From the NCBI GenBank assembly GCA_009781925.1, contig WQUU01000134.1, positions 1 through 25,142 on the forward strand: a DNA stretch of 25,142 bases. Direction: 5' to 3'. The translations under genes were made by a program, and so were the position numbers. The notes beneath the pieces were generated by a model that was not told where the DNA came from, did no database searches, and was given only the letters and a program-made list of their open reading frames with translations. Position 1 is the first letter of the stretch. Every line of letters begins with the position of its first letter. The DNA comes from Bacillota bacterium. Lineage in GTDB: Bacteria; Bacillota; Clostridia; Oscillospirales; Oscillospiraceae. Positions 8,301 to 15,659 of the stretch are shown here, piece after piece.

Positions 8301-8537
8301 TTGAAGAAAAACATAGAAGACGATGAAGAAATCAAGACCATGCGTAAGAATTTCAAATCATTGCGCCGGGCACATGGGTGGACGATAGAGGATTTGGCGA
8401 AAATATCAGGAATCAGGGTAAAAGTCCTGGCTGACATTGAAGAGGGCAGAGATTTTGATGTTGCCTACTTGATCCGGCTGTGTAAGATCTACCAAATAAG
8501 GCCGGCTAAAATATTTACTAAATTTGAGACTGGTTGA
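8301..8537 (+). CDS. XRE-family HTH transcriptional regulator (TTG start; possible antitoxin or repressor of the downstream PIN gene)
   Basis: 78 aa. ...LRRAHGWTIEDLAKISGIRVKVLADIEEGRDFDVAYLIRLCKIYQIRPAKIF is an HTH_XRE fold signature. AAGGGGG RBS 8 nt upstream. Confidence 0.7.
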   Translation: MKKNIEDDEEIKTMRKNFKSLRRAHGWTIEDLAKISGIRVKVLADIEEGRDFDVAYLIRLCKIYQIRPAKIFTKFETG

Positions 8538-8585
8538 TTTTTTGCAGGAATTGATGTAAAATACATTTGTAAAGGTGATGGTGGT

Positions 8586-9065
8586 ATGAAGCTCTATCTT
8601 GAGACGACGATGTTCAATTATTTTTTCGACGCCGAGCGCGACGGCCATGATGACACAGTCAGGCTGTTTGAAAAGATTCGCGCAGGGGAACATGAGGCGT
8701 ATACGTCCGGTTATACTGTAGGCGAATTATTAAATGCTCCGGAACCAAAGTAATCTAAAATGCTGGCACTGATTGATGCATATAGCATTATTACGCTACC
8801 CATCACAGATGCGGCAAACCAGCTGGCCAATCTTTATGTTTCGGGAAATATTATTCCCGTACGTTTTCGACTTGACGGAGCGCATATTGCCGTAGCTTCT
8901 ATAAATGGTCTTGATTGTGTGCTTTCCTATAATTTTAAGCATATTAACCGTGTAAAAACAAAATTGCTGACTGAACATATCAACCACGAAAAAGGGTACA
9001 GAGGCATTGTAATTTGCACCGCAAAGGAGGTTTTGGAAGAAGATGAATCATACAGCAAAGAGTAA
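8586..9065 (+). pseudogene. PIN-domain (VapC-like) gene interrupted by an in-frame TAA at 8751-8753. Fragments are 8586-8750 and 8760-9065. Several catalytic acidic positions are substituted (LYLETT, YNFKHI).
   Basis: MKLYLETTMFNYFF...SGYTVGELL..* then ..ITDAANQLANLYVSGNIIPVRFRLDGAHIAVASINGLDCVLSYNFKHI matches the PIN N-terminal strand, central Glu and C-terminal D-x-AxIA motifs. Both pieces are in the same frame (8760-8586 = 174). AAAGGTGA RBS before 8586. Confidence 0.5.
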
Positions 9066-9237
9066 TCCAGTTGAGGATGAGTTAGATGCCATTCGCAGTA
9101 AATTGTATGAACAGACAAAGGATATGACGTCACAAGAGCAGGTCGCGTTTTTCAACAATTTGGCCAGAGAAGGCATGGCGAGACACGGTATCAAAGCCCA
9201 ATACGGAGAGCTCCCGCCCGCGCGGCGGCAGGCTTAA
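9043..9237 (+). CDS. Hypothetical small protein (64 aa) overlapping the 3' end of the PIN gene; function unknown
   Basis: The ORF ends exactly at the bidirectional terminator. Weak RBS, charged helical-looking sequence. No recognisable family. Confidence 0.25.
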   Translation: MNHTAKSNPVEDELDAIRSKLYEQTKDMTSQEQVAFFNNLAREGMARHGIKAQYGELPPARRQA

Positions 9238-9252
9238 TCACAAATCAAAAGA

Positions 9253-9292
9253 GGCTCCGGTGAAAATCTGCTTCACCGGAGCTCTTTTTGTT
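9253..9292. terminator. Bidirectional intrinsic terminator (GGCTCCGGTGAA-aatctg-CTTCACCGGAGC, A-run upstream and T-run downstream)
   Basis: 11-bp GC-rich stem flanked by AAAAGA and TCTTTTTGTTTG. It sits between the convergent 9043-9237(+) and flotillin(-) genes. Confidence 0.75.
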
Positions 9293-9302
9293 TGTATCGC
9301 TC

Positions 9303-10718
9303 TTACGCCGTCTTCTCCACTTCAGCCTCGGACGCCGGCTCCACAGCTACGGCTTCCGCCTTGCTGTGCCCCAAAAACTTTGGCAGTTCCATGCCGGCCA
9401 TGTTGAACATCTCGTTCATGGGCGGGATGGACTTGAGCATGCCGGCCAAAAAGTTCGCCGTAGCGGGGGTACCGTCCTTGCCGCCCATACTGTCCCAGAC
9501 CGTGACCTTGTCAATTTTGAGGTTCTGAATGGCCTCCACCTGGGTCTTGACGAGGTTCTCCAGCTTGTCGGCCACCATGAGCTTCACGGCGGCGTCGGCG
9601 TCCCCGCCGGCGGCCTCCACGATCTTTTTGAAGCCCTCGGCCTGCTTGGTCAGAACTTCCTGGATGCCGCGGGCCTGGGCGTCCATCTTGGCAAAGATGG
9701 CGTCCGCCTCGCCCTTGGCCAGGCGGCGGGTCTGCTCGGCCTGGGCCTCTGCGTTTAATTCGACCTGGCGCTTGCTGATCTCGGTCTTGACGATGACGTC
9801 CGCCTCCAGGGTGGAGCGCTCGCGGGCGGAACGGGCCGCCTCCGCCAGCTGCTCGGCCGCGTAAGCCTCCTCGAGGGCCTTGGCCGCCTGCGTCTTCTCG
9901 GCGACAGTGGCGCGGCGCTGGGCCTCGGCCTGCTTCTCTTTGAGTTCGGCGTTGGAGTTGGCCACGCTGGCGGCCGCGTTATTCTCGCCCTGGATGGCCT
10001 CGGAGTCCGCCAGAGAGACGTTGATGCGCTTCTCGCGCTCGGCGTTCGCCTGGCCGATGTCGCCGGAGCGGTTGGCCTCTGCCACGCTGATCTTCGCGTC
10101 GTTGATGGCCTTGGCCGCCGCCTCGCGGCCCAGGGCGACGATATAGCCGGACTCGTCGCTGATGTCCGTGATGTTCACGTTGATGAGCCGGAGTCCGATC
10201 TTCTTGAGTTCGCTCTCCACGTTGTTGGAAACCGCCGTGAGGAACTTGTCGCGGTCGGCGTTGATCTCCTCAATGTCCATCGTGGCGATGACCAGGCGCA
10301 GCTGCCCCAGTATGATGTCCTTGGCCAGGCCCTGAACCTCCGGGAGTTTCAGGCCAAGCAGCCGCTCCGCCGCGTTTTGCATGACCCCGTTCTCCACGGA
10401 GATGCCGACGGTGAAGCTGGAGGGCACGTCGATGCGGATGTTCTGCCGGGACAGGGCGTTTTTCAAATCCACGGCGATGGAGATGGGCGTCAGATCCAGG
10501 TACTGATAGGACTGCACGATCGGGACGATGAAGGATGCGCCGCCGTGGAGACATTTTGCGCTGCGGTTCGTGCCGTCACTGTTCTTGCCGATCTTGCCGT
10601 AGACCACCAGGATCTTGTCGGAGGGGCACTTCCGATATCGGGAAAAGACATAGAGCATCAGGGAAAAGAGAAGCAGTACGATCACGCAGAGTAAGACAAC
10701 TAATCCTGTTGTACCCAT
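9303..10718 (-). CDS. floT: Flotillin-like SPFH/band-7 protein (FloT/YuaG type) with N-terminal TM anchor and a long Ala/Glu-rich coiled-coil (flotillin EA repeats)
   Basis: 471 aa. N-terminal hydrophobic helix, SPFH core (ILVVYGK...PIVQSYQYLDL...), then an extended AEAQ/EAxA repeat region typical of flotillins. Confidence 0.85.
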   Translation of the reverse strand: MGTTGLVVLLCVIVLLLFSLMLYVFSRYRKCPSDKILVVYGKIGKNSDGTNRSAKCLHGGASFIVPIVQSYQYLDLTPISIAVDLKNALSRQNIRIDVPSSFTVGISVENGVMQNAAERLLGLKLPEVQGLAKDIILGQLRLVIATMDIEEINADRDKFLTAVSNNVESELKKIGLRLINVNITDISDESGYIVALGREAAAKAINDAKISVAEANRSGDIGQANAEREKRINVSLADSEAIQGENNAAASVANSNAELKEKQAEAQRRATVAEKTQAAKALEEAYAAEQLAEAARSARERSTLEADVIVKTEISKRQVELNAEAQAEQTRRLAKGEADAIFAKMDAQARGIQEVLTKQAEGFKKIVEAAGGDADAAVKLMVADKLENLVKTQVEAIQNLKIDKVTVWDSMGGKDGTPATANFLAGMLKSIPPMNEMFNMAGMELPKFLGHSKAEAVAVEPASEAEVEKTA

Positions 10719-11488
10719 TTTGAGATTCCTCCCTCATTTTTTTGCGTTGTCTGAACCGCAGTATTGTCCGCCAGCCACCGTCTGGGAGTCCAAGGCGGAG
10801 AATATGGTCCCGTGTCCGCCTTCACAGCCACTGTCTGTTCATCGAGGACGGCGACAACATTGATCACCGCACCCGTGGGCAGTTCGGTATCCCCTTCGTT
10901 CACCGCCTCCAGTTCCACCAGCCGATCCTGAACGAGCACGTTGATTTTGCCCCGGCCCTGCCCCTTGGGCGGGACGGGGATGTACACGCTGCCTGTCTTG
11001 CCGACGGCGTTTTCGATCTCCAGGTTGCCGCTGTCCCGGAGCTTTGTGGCTCCGTAGAGGATGAGCGCGACACCCAGGAGGGCGATAAATCCCGCCGCCA
11101 GCGCCAGGAGCAGCGCCCAAAAGAGGGTCAGCCCCGCGCTGATACAGACGACGCCGAGCCAGCCGCCAACGGCGAAGAAGGCCACGATCCCGCGCACGGT
11201 GATGAGGGAGAAGTCGCTGTGCCCTGCCCCGTCGTGGTGTGCGCCGCCCATATGCCCGCTGTCTCCGTGGCCGGTCTCGAGATGGCCGCCGATGTCCCCG
11301 TGGCCGCCGCTAATGTCCATATGACCGCCGCCAATGTCCATATGGCCGCCGCCGATGTCTCCGTCCCCGTGACCGCCGAGGCCAAAGAACAGCAATATCG
11401 TCTGTATGATCATAATCAGTGTGGCGGGGATGGCCACCGCGGCAAAGATCTGCCCCAGCACGGGCAGACTGTTCCACCAAGCTATCAT
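10700..11488 (-). CDS. NfeD-family membrane protein (YuaF-like partner of flotillin) with an inserted Gly/His/Asp-rich tandem repeat and a C-terminal OB-fold-like domain
   Basis: 262 aa. TM helices, then GGHGDGDIGGGHMDIGGGHMDISGGHGDIGGHLETGHGDSGHMGGAHHDGAGH, two more TM helices and a beta-rich C-terminus (GSVYIPVPPKGQGRGKINVLVQDRLVELEAV). Overlaps the flotillin start by 19 nt. Confidence 0.8.
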   Translation of the reverse strand: MIAWWNSLPVLGQIFAAVAIPATLIMIIQTILLFFGLGGHGDGDIGGGHMDIGGGHMDISGGHGDIGGHLETGHGDSGHMGGAHHDGAGHSDFSLITVRGIVAFFAVGGWLGVVCISAGLTLFWALLLALAAGFIALLGVALILYGATKLRDSGNLEIENAVGKTGSVYIPVPPKGQGRGKINVLVQDRLVELEAVNEGDTELPTGAVINVVAVLDEQTVAVKADTGPYSPPWTPRRWLADNTAVQTTQKNEGGISKWVQQD

Positions 11489-11997
11489 TTCTCCTTCGCT
11501 CCTCCCTTATTCGTTTTTCCGCTCTCCCCGGCCGCCGTGAGACCCAGGGCGTCGGCGGTCTGATCCGCCCGCTGTTTCATGAGGGCCGCCGCGTAATAGG
11601 TCAGGACGAGCTTGATCGTATTGCGCAGCTTCTCCCCGCCGCCGGGGACGGGCTCCTTGTAGGCGTGGATCTCCTCATCCACCAACCTGGTCATGGCGCG
11701 GGGGTCGAGGATGTCGTCAAAGCCGATCTTGTCCAAAATGTCGCAGATGTAGATGTACAGCTGGCTCTCGCTGACGAGGTCGTCCGCCCCGGTCTTGATG
11801 TCTCCGTTTATGTAGGTGAGGATGTTGCCGATGGTCTCCAGCCGGGTCACGCTCTTGAGCATATTGATGAGCATGACCGAGGCCAGCTGATCCGCGCCGT
11901 AGCGTTTCTCCACCGGCGGCTGCACCCAGCCGCGCACAACCCAGTTCTGGATGGTGTTGCTGTCCAGCCCCGTGAGCTCGGACATCTGGAAAAGCAT
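11485..11997 (-). CDS. DUF1836-like (MerR-like HTH) protein, translationally coupled (ATGA overlap) to the NfeD gene
   Basis: 170 aa. LTGLDSNTIQNWVVRGWVQPPVEKRYGADQLASVMLINMLKSVTRLETI matches the DUF1836 pattern (I.N.V..G..PP..K.Y..L....I..LK.V). Confidence 0.6.
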   Translation of the reverse strand: MLFQMSELTGLDSNTIQNWVVRGWVQPPVEKRYGADQLASVMLINMLKSVTRLETIGNILTYINGDIKTGADDLVSESQLYIYICDILDKIGFDDILDPRAMTRLVDEEIHAYKEPVPGGGEKLRNTIKLVLTYYAAALMKQRADQTADALGLTAAGESGKTNKGGAKEK

Positions 11998-12123
11998 GAT
12001 CCCTTTTGTGGCGAAGAAAACAACATCGAAAAAGTCCGCCGCACGCTTGCCCGCGCGGGGGACAACTGTGCCAGGAAATGTCGTGGCGATCGGAACGCAC
12101 CTCCCCTCATATGACTGTGGAGA

Positions 12124-12152
12124 AGTATATCACATCTTCGTATGAATGTCAA
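12124..12152 (-). promoter_or_regulatory. Consensus sigma-A promoter for the DUF1836-nfeD-floT operon (minus strand TTGACA-17-TATACT), followed by a ~120-nt leader
   Basis: Minus-strand read: TTGACAttcatacgaagatgtgaTATACT. The leader contains a GC hairpin followed by ACTTTTTCG (possible attenuator). Confidence 0.5.
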
Positions 12153-12277
12153 GCATGTTCTAAAGAAATGTTATTGGTTCGCAAGAAATGGAAAGGATTT
12201 ATGGGATACTTCGTGATTTTTCCCCTAATCCTTGCGTTTGCGTGGGTGATACATACAAAAGCGGAAGAGGATTAAGT

Positions 12278-13846
12278 TCACCCCTCCGCCACCGCGAAGG
12301 TCTGCGGGCCCAGCACAACTTCTCCTTCCGTCCGCGCAAACCGCCCTATTTCATACACCACATCCCCCAGCGCCTGCGCCCCTACATTGTCCCAGTCCAG
12401 GCGCACTTCCCACGCCGCCGGGTTCACAAATATCAAAAACTTTCCCCGCCGGTAGACGAAGGGGAATTTTTCTTTTTCGGCGTAGACGACCTCAAAGTCC
12501 CCGTCCGCGCCCACACCCGCGCCCAGATCGGAAAAACGCCGGCGCAGGGCGATGAGGGATTTTACCGTGTTTAACAAACTATTCGGGTCGTCCGTCTGCG
12601 CCTCGACCGTGGGCGCGTCCGGCGCGCTGTCCACGGGCAGGTAGAGTTTTTCGGCGGGGGCGGCGGAGAAGCCGAGATTTTCGCCGGAATCCCACTGCAT
12701 GGGCGTGCGCGCGCCGGTGCGGTTATACCCGCCCTCCACGCTCGGCAGGCCCTCTATAAAGCGCATTCCGATCTCGTCGCCGTAGTAGAGGAAGGGCACG
12801 CCCGGCAGGGTAAAAATCATCGCGTAGGCCAGTTTGATCTCGCTGACGTCTAAAAAGCGCGTCAGCCGGGGCGTGTCGTGGTTGCAGGTGAGGAAACTGA
12901 TATAGCCGTTCTCGCGGGTGGCCTCATATTGGGGGACATAGTCCTCCGTGAAGTGGGTTATATCCCCGCGGCCCGCCTTGCTGATAAAGCTCAGATCCTC
13001 CCCGCCCTCATTTCGGCGGAAAAGACTGTGGTAGCCGTTGTACCGGTGATCCAGATAGAAATCCATGTGGAAGCCCGCCCTGTTAACTGCCCGCTCTGGG
13101 TGACTCCACTCGGCCACCAACGCGGCTTCGGGATAGTCTCTGTCCAGCATCGTCCGGACAGAGCGCCAAAGCGCCGCCGTGGCGATTTTCTCCCCGTCGT
13201 TTTTCACCAGGGAGTCCGCCATGTCCACGCGGAAGCCGTCCGCGCCCCGATCCAGCCAGAAGCGCATGACGTCTTTGAGCACCTCCAAAGCGGCCTGGCA
13301 GTCCGGGTGCTCCGGGGGATTTTGCCAGGCGGGGTATTTGATGTCGTGAAAACCGTAGTTCAGCGCGGGTTGGACGCTGAAAAAGTTCACCAGCGCCGCG
13401 CCGTTGCGCTCTGAAACCCCCGTGAGCCAGCGGTATTCGGGCGGGGCGTCCCAGACCTCGGGCGTGAAGACATAGCGGCCCGAGAACTCGTTTTGCTCCG
13501 CCCTCTGCGCCGCCTGAAACCAGGGGTGGTCGATGGCCGTGTGCCCCGGCACCAAGTCTAAAAGAATGTGCATCCCTTTTTCGTGCGCCGCCTGAAACAG
13601 CTCAATGAGATCCTCATCCGTGCCGTAACGGGGCGCGACTTTTTTATGGTCGCGGACGTCGTAGCCCGCGTCCCAAAAGGGGGAGTCGTACACCGGATTG
13701 AGCCAAATGGCGTTTACGCCCAGGGCTTGGATGTAGTCCAGTTTTCGCAAAATACCCGGGAGATCGCCGATCCCGTCGCCGTTGGAGTCGTAAAAACTCT
13801 GGGGATAGATTTCATAGAACACCGCGTCTTTTAACCAGGAGGGCAT
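12278..13846 (-). CDS. GH13 (alpha-amylase family) glycoside hydrolase, alpha-glucosidase / oligo-1,6-glucosidase-like
   Basis: 522 aa. GH13 conserved regions: DLVPGHT (region I), GFRVDMADSL (region II, nucleophile Asp), VAEW (region III Glu), FLTCNHDTPR (region IV). Confidence 0.85.
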   Translation of the reverse strand: MPSWLKDAVFYEIYPQSFYDSNGDGIGDLPGILRKLDYIQALGVNAIWLNPVYDSPFWDAGYDVRDHKKVAPRYGTDEDLIELFQAAHEKGMHILLDLVPGHTAIDHPWFQAAQRAEQNEFSGRYVFTPEVWDAPPEYRWLTGVSERNGAALVNFFSVQPALNYGFHDIKYPAWQNPPEHPDCQAALEVLKDVMRFWLDRGADGFRVDMADSLVKNDGEKIATAALWRSVRTMLDRDYPEAALVAEWSHPERAVNRAGFHMDFYLDHRYNGYHSLFRRNEGGEDLSFISKAGRGDITHFTEDYVPQYEATRENGYISFLTCNHDTPRLTRFLDVSEIKLAYAMIFTLPGVPFLYYGDEIGMRFIEGLPSVEGGYNRTGARTPMQWDSGENLGFSAAPAEKLYLPVDSAPDAPTVEAQTDDPNSLLNTVKSLIALRRRFSDLGAGVGADGDFEVVYAEKEKFPFVYRRGKFLIFVNPAAWEVRLDWDNVGAQALGDVVYEIGRFARTEGEVVLGPQTFAVAEG

Positions 13847-14038
13847 AGTTCCACCATCTTTTCAATCCGACTTTACCTGATATCCGCATATTACCAGAGA
13901 TCGGGGCACAATGCAAGCCCTCTTTCCCAATAAAATATACAAAATTTGTAAATATTTTTCTGTGAAACAATTTTCTATTTAATCTTTTAGAAACAAGATA
14001 CCGTTGTTTTATTCACATCTTTCCTGTAAACTGAAAAA

Positions 14039-14152
14039 TGACAAGAGGCGGCTGAGTTTTATCTTTTTCATTTTCCTCTTCCTCTCCCACAGAGAACACA
14101 GCGGAACGCGTGGTCAAACGCTCCGCTGTGTTCTTTGATTTTTTATGGTTTT
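14039..14152 (+). ncRNA. Candidate ~110-nt small RNA on the plus strand: promoter TTGTTT(14004-14009)-17-TAAACT(14027-14032), CU-rich stretch UUUUCCUCUUCCUCUCCC, strong terminator
   Basis: No plus-strand CDS precedes the terminator. A 12-bp perfect stem (GAACACAGCGGA...TCCGCTGTGTTC, 14094-14133) is followed by TTTGATTTTTTATGGTTTTT. It lies in the 385-bp spacer between the anti-sigma and GH13 genes. Confidence 0.3.
14094..14152 (+). terminator. Strong plus-strand intrinsic terminator (12-bp stem plus extended U-tract) with no upstream plus-strand coding gene
   Basis: GAACACAGCGGA-acgcgtggtcaaacgc-TCCGCTGTGTTC then a T-rich run. Minus-strand polarity lacks a U-tract. Confidence 0.6.
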
Positions 14153-14234
14153 TGCGGGATTGCACCCTGCCTCTGCAGGGGGGCGGTCGCAATTCTGTGC
14201 GCGCGGGCGACCGAGGGCGGTCGCCCCTACACAA

Positions 14235-15014
14235 TCATCCTATCCCCCGCACATACGCCAAAAATTCCGCGGGGCTGCAGGCGGCCTTGTAGATGTACAT
14301 ATCGTCAGGGCTGTCACAATAGAGGGCGCCTTCGGATACCCAAAAATTCCGCTGTGCCAGGCTCCCGTCTGGCCGCTTGACCTCCAGGACATAGGCCGGA
14401 TCCGGCGGCAGCATCGGAAGATGAACCGCGTCGATTTGTTGGAGGTTTAAATATTCTATCAGCAGCGCCACGCCGGTGTCGTCCAGATTTTTGAGCAGAG
14501 GCTCATAGAGTCCGGGGCCCGTGTTCTCATACAGGGCCGTGCCGCCCGCGCCAAAAATGGCGCTCTCAGACGACGCGGGGCTGGGCGCCGGACTCTGCAT
14601 GGCAACTCCGTCGCTCTCCGTCACCGGAGCGGTCTGGATGTCCGTACCGGTGTGCTGGTCGGCAGCCGGCAACATGGGCGCGCTGGCCGGTTCAATGCCT
14701 TGGGCGCCGCCGCCGGAGGCGGACGACGCGGCCGCGGCGGAATTGTCGTAGGGGGCAGACGCGGACGTGCCCGTGCGGAATCCGGAAAACAGACCGTAGC
14801 GCAGTCCAAGTCCGGCGGCGACAATCAGGACAAGACAGGCGGCCATGGCGATTCCGCGCCCAATTTGCTGTCTCCGCCTGCGATTTTGCTGAATTTTGTC
14901 CATGACGGAGGTCAAGAGCGCCGCGGGAGGCTCCGCCGCGCTGTCGCGAATCTCCCGCGCGATCACGTCAAACGCGTGATCGAGTTCTGACGTCCGCCCT
15001 TCTTCATCCCGCAC
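14235..15014 (-). CDS. Putative anti-sigma factor: cytoplasmic N-terminal domain, single TM, extracytoplasmic Ala/Ser/Pro-rich linker and a C-terminal domain of unknown function
   Basis: 259 aa. Sits 3 nt downstream of the ECF sigma gene, TM helix at ~55-77 (IAMAACLVLIVAAGLGL). No Zn-binding HxxxCxxC, so not ZAS-type. Confidence 0.55.
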   Translation of the reverse strand: MRDEEGRTSELDHAFDVIAREIRDSAAEPPAALLTSVMDKIQQNRRRRQQIGRGIAMAACLVLIVAAGLGLRYGLFSGFRTGTSASAPYDNSAAAASSASGGGAQGIEPASAPMLPAADQHTGTDIQTAPVTESDGVAMQSPAPSPASSESAIFGAGGTALYENTGPGLYEPLLKNLDDTGVALLIEYLNLQQIDAVHLPMLPPDPAYVLEVKRPDGSLAQRNFWVSEGALYCDSPDDMYIYKAACSPAEFLAYVRGIG

Positions 15015-15017
15015 GGC

Positions 15018-15632
15018 TCACACCTCCCCCTGCATGGAATCCGACGAGTTTTTGGGCAAAAAGTTCCCGTCTTTTGATAAAATCGCGCAGAGCCGTTTTC
15101 TGGCCCGGAAGAGCCGGGATTTCACCGTACCCGTCTCCAGGGAGAGGGTCTCGGCGAGCTCCTCGTAGGAGAGGCCGCCGAGCTCCCGGAGCACGAGAAT
15201 TTGCCGGTATTCCGCGGGGAGCTCGTTCAAACCGCTTGACACGCGGGCCCGGAGCTCCCGGCGCTCCAGTTCAGTCTCGGGGCTGAAGCGCTCGTCCGGG
15301 ATCTCCAGCTCCTCCGTCTCCTCCTGCTCGTTTAAAAAGCTGAGGCTGACGATGTTTTCCCGCCGGCGCTTGCGGAGGAAGTCGATGCTGAGATTGGAGG
15401 TCAGGCGGTAGAGCCAGACGGAGAATTTGCTGTCCCCCCGAAAACGGTGCAGGGCGCTGTAAGCGCGCAGAAAGGCCTCCTGGGCCACGTCAAAGGCGTC
15501 GTCCTCGTTTTTGACCATGCGCAGGGCGAGGTTATACACCTGCTTCTGGTGGGCGAGCACCAAAAGCTCAAAGGCGGAGCCGTCGCCGCGTTTGGCGCGC
15601 TCCACGATGGCGCGTTCCTCGTCTCTGGTCAA
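15018..15632 (-). CDS. ECF-type RNA polymerase sigma-70 family factor (sigma-2 and sigma-4 regions)
   Basis: 204 aa. ...FELLVLAHQKQVYNLALRMV...DVAQEAFLRAYSALHRF... (region 2) and LPAEYRQILVLRELGGLSYEELAETLSLETGTVKSRLFRAR (region 4). TTG start with GGAGGTG RBS. Confidence 0.9.
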   Translation of the reverse strand: MTRDEERAIVERAKRGDGSAFELLVLAHQKQVYNLALRMVKNEDDAFDVAQEAFLRAYSALHRFRGDSKFSVWLYRLTSNLSIDFLRKRRRENIVSLSFLNEQEETEELEIPDERFSPETELERRELRARVSSGLNELPAEYRQILVLRELGGLSYEELAETLSLETGTVKSRLFRARKRLCAILSKDGNFLPKNSSDSMQGEV

Positions 15633-15659
15633 AAATTTTCACCTCCGGGAGAGGGCGGA

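Noticed and set aside
9043-9237. Calling the 64-aa ORF an antitoxin of the PIN gene
   Set aside because: There is no recognisable RHH/AbrB/Phd motif and the RBS is weak. It overlaps the PIN C-terminus rather than preceding it, so it is kept only as a low-confidence hypothetical CDS.
12006-12275. 89-aa plus-strand ORF in the DUF1836 promoter/leader, including a terminal 24-codon hydrophobic peptide (MGYFVIFPLILAFAWVIHTKAEED, 12201-12275)
   Set aside because: It overlaps the -35/-10 and leader of the flotillin operon on the opposite strand, and the translation is Arg-rich junk. The short hydrophobic peptide has a weak GGAAAGGA RBS and could be a micro-membrane-protein, but the evidence is too thin to call.
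14013-14234. 73-aa minus-strand ORF in the anti-sigma/GH13 spacer
   Set aside because: Low-complexity Arg/Glu-rich translation and no RBS. The region is better explained as promoter DNA plus the plus-strand promoter-terminator unit.
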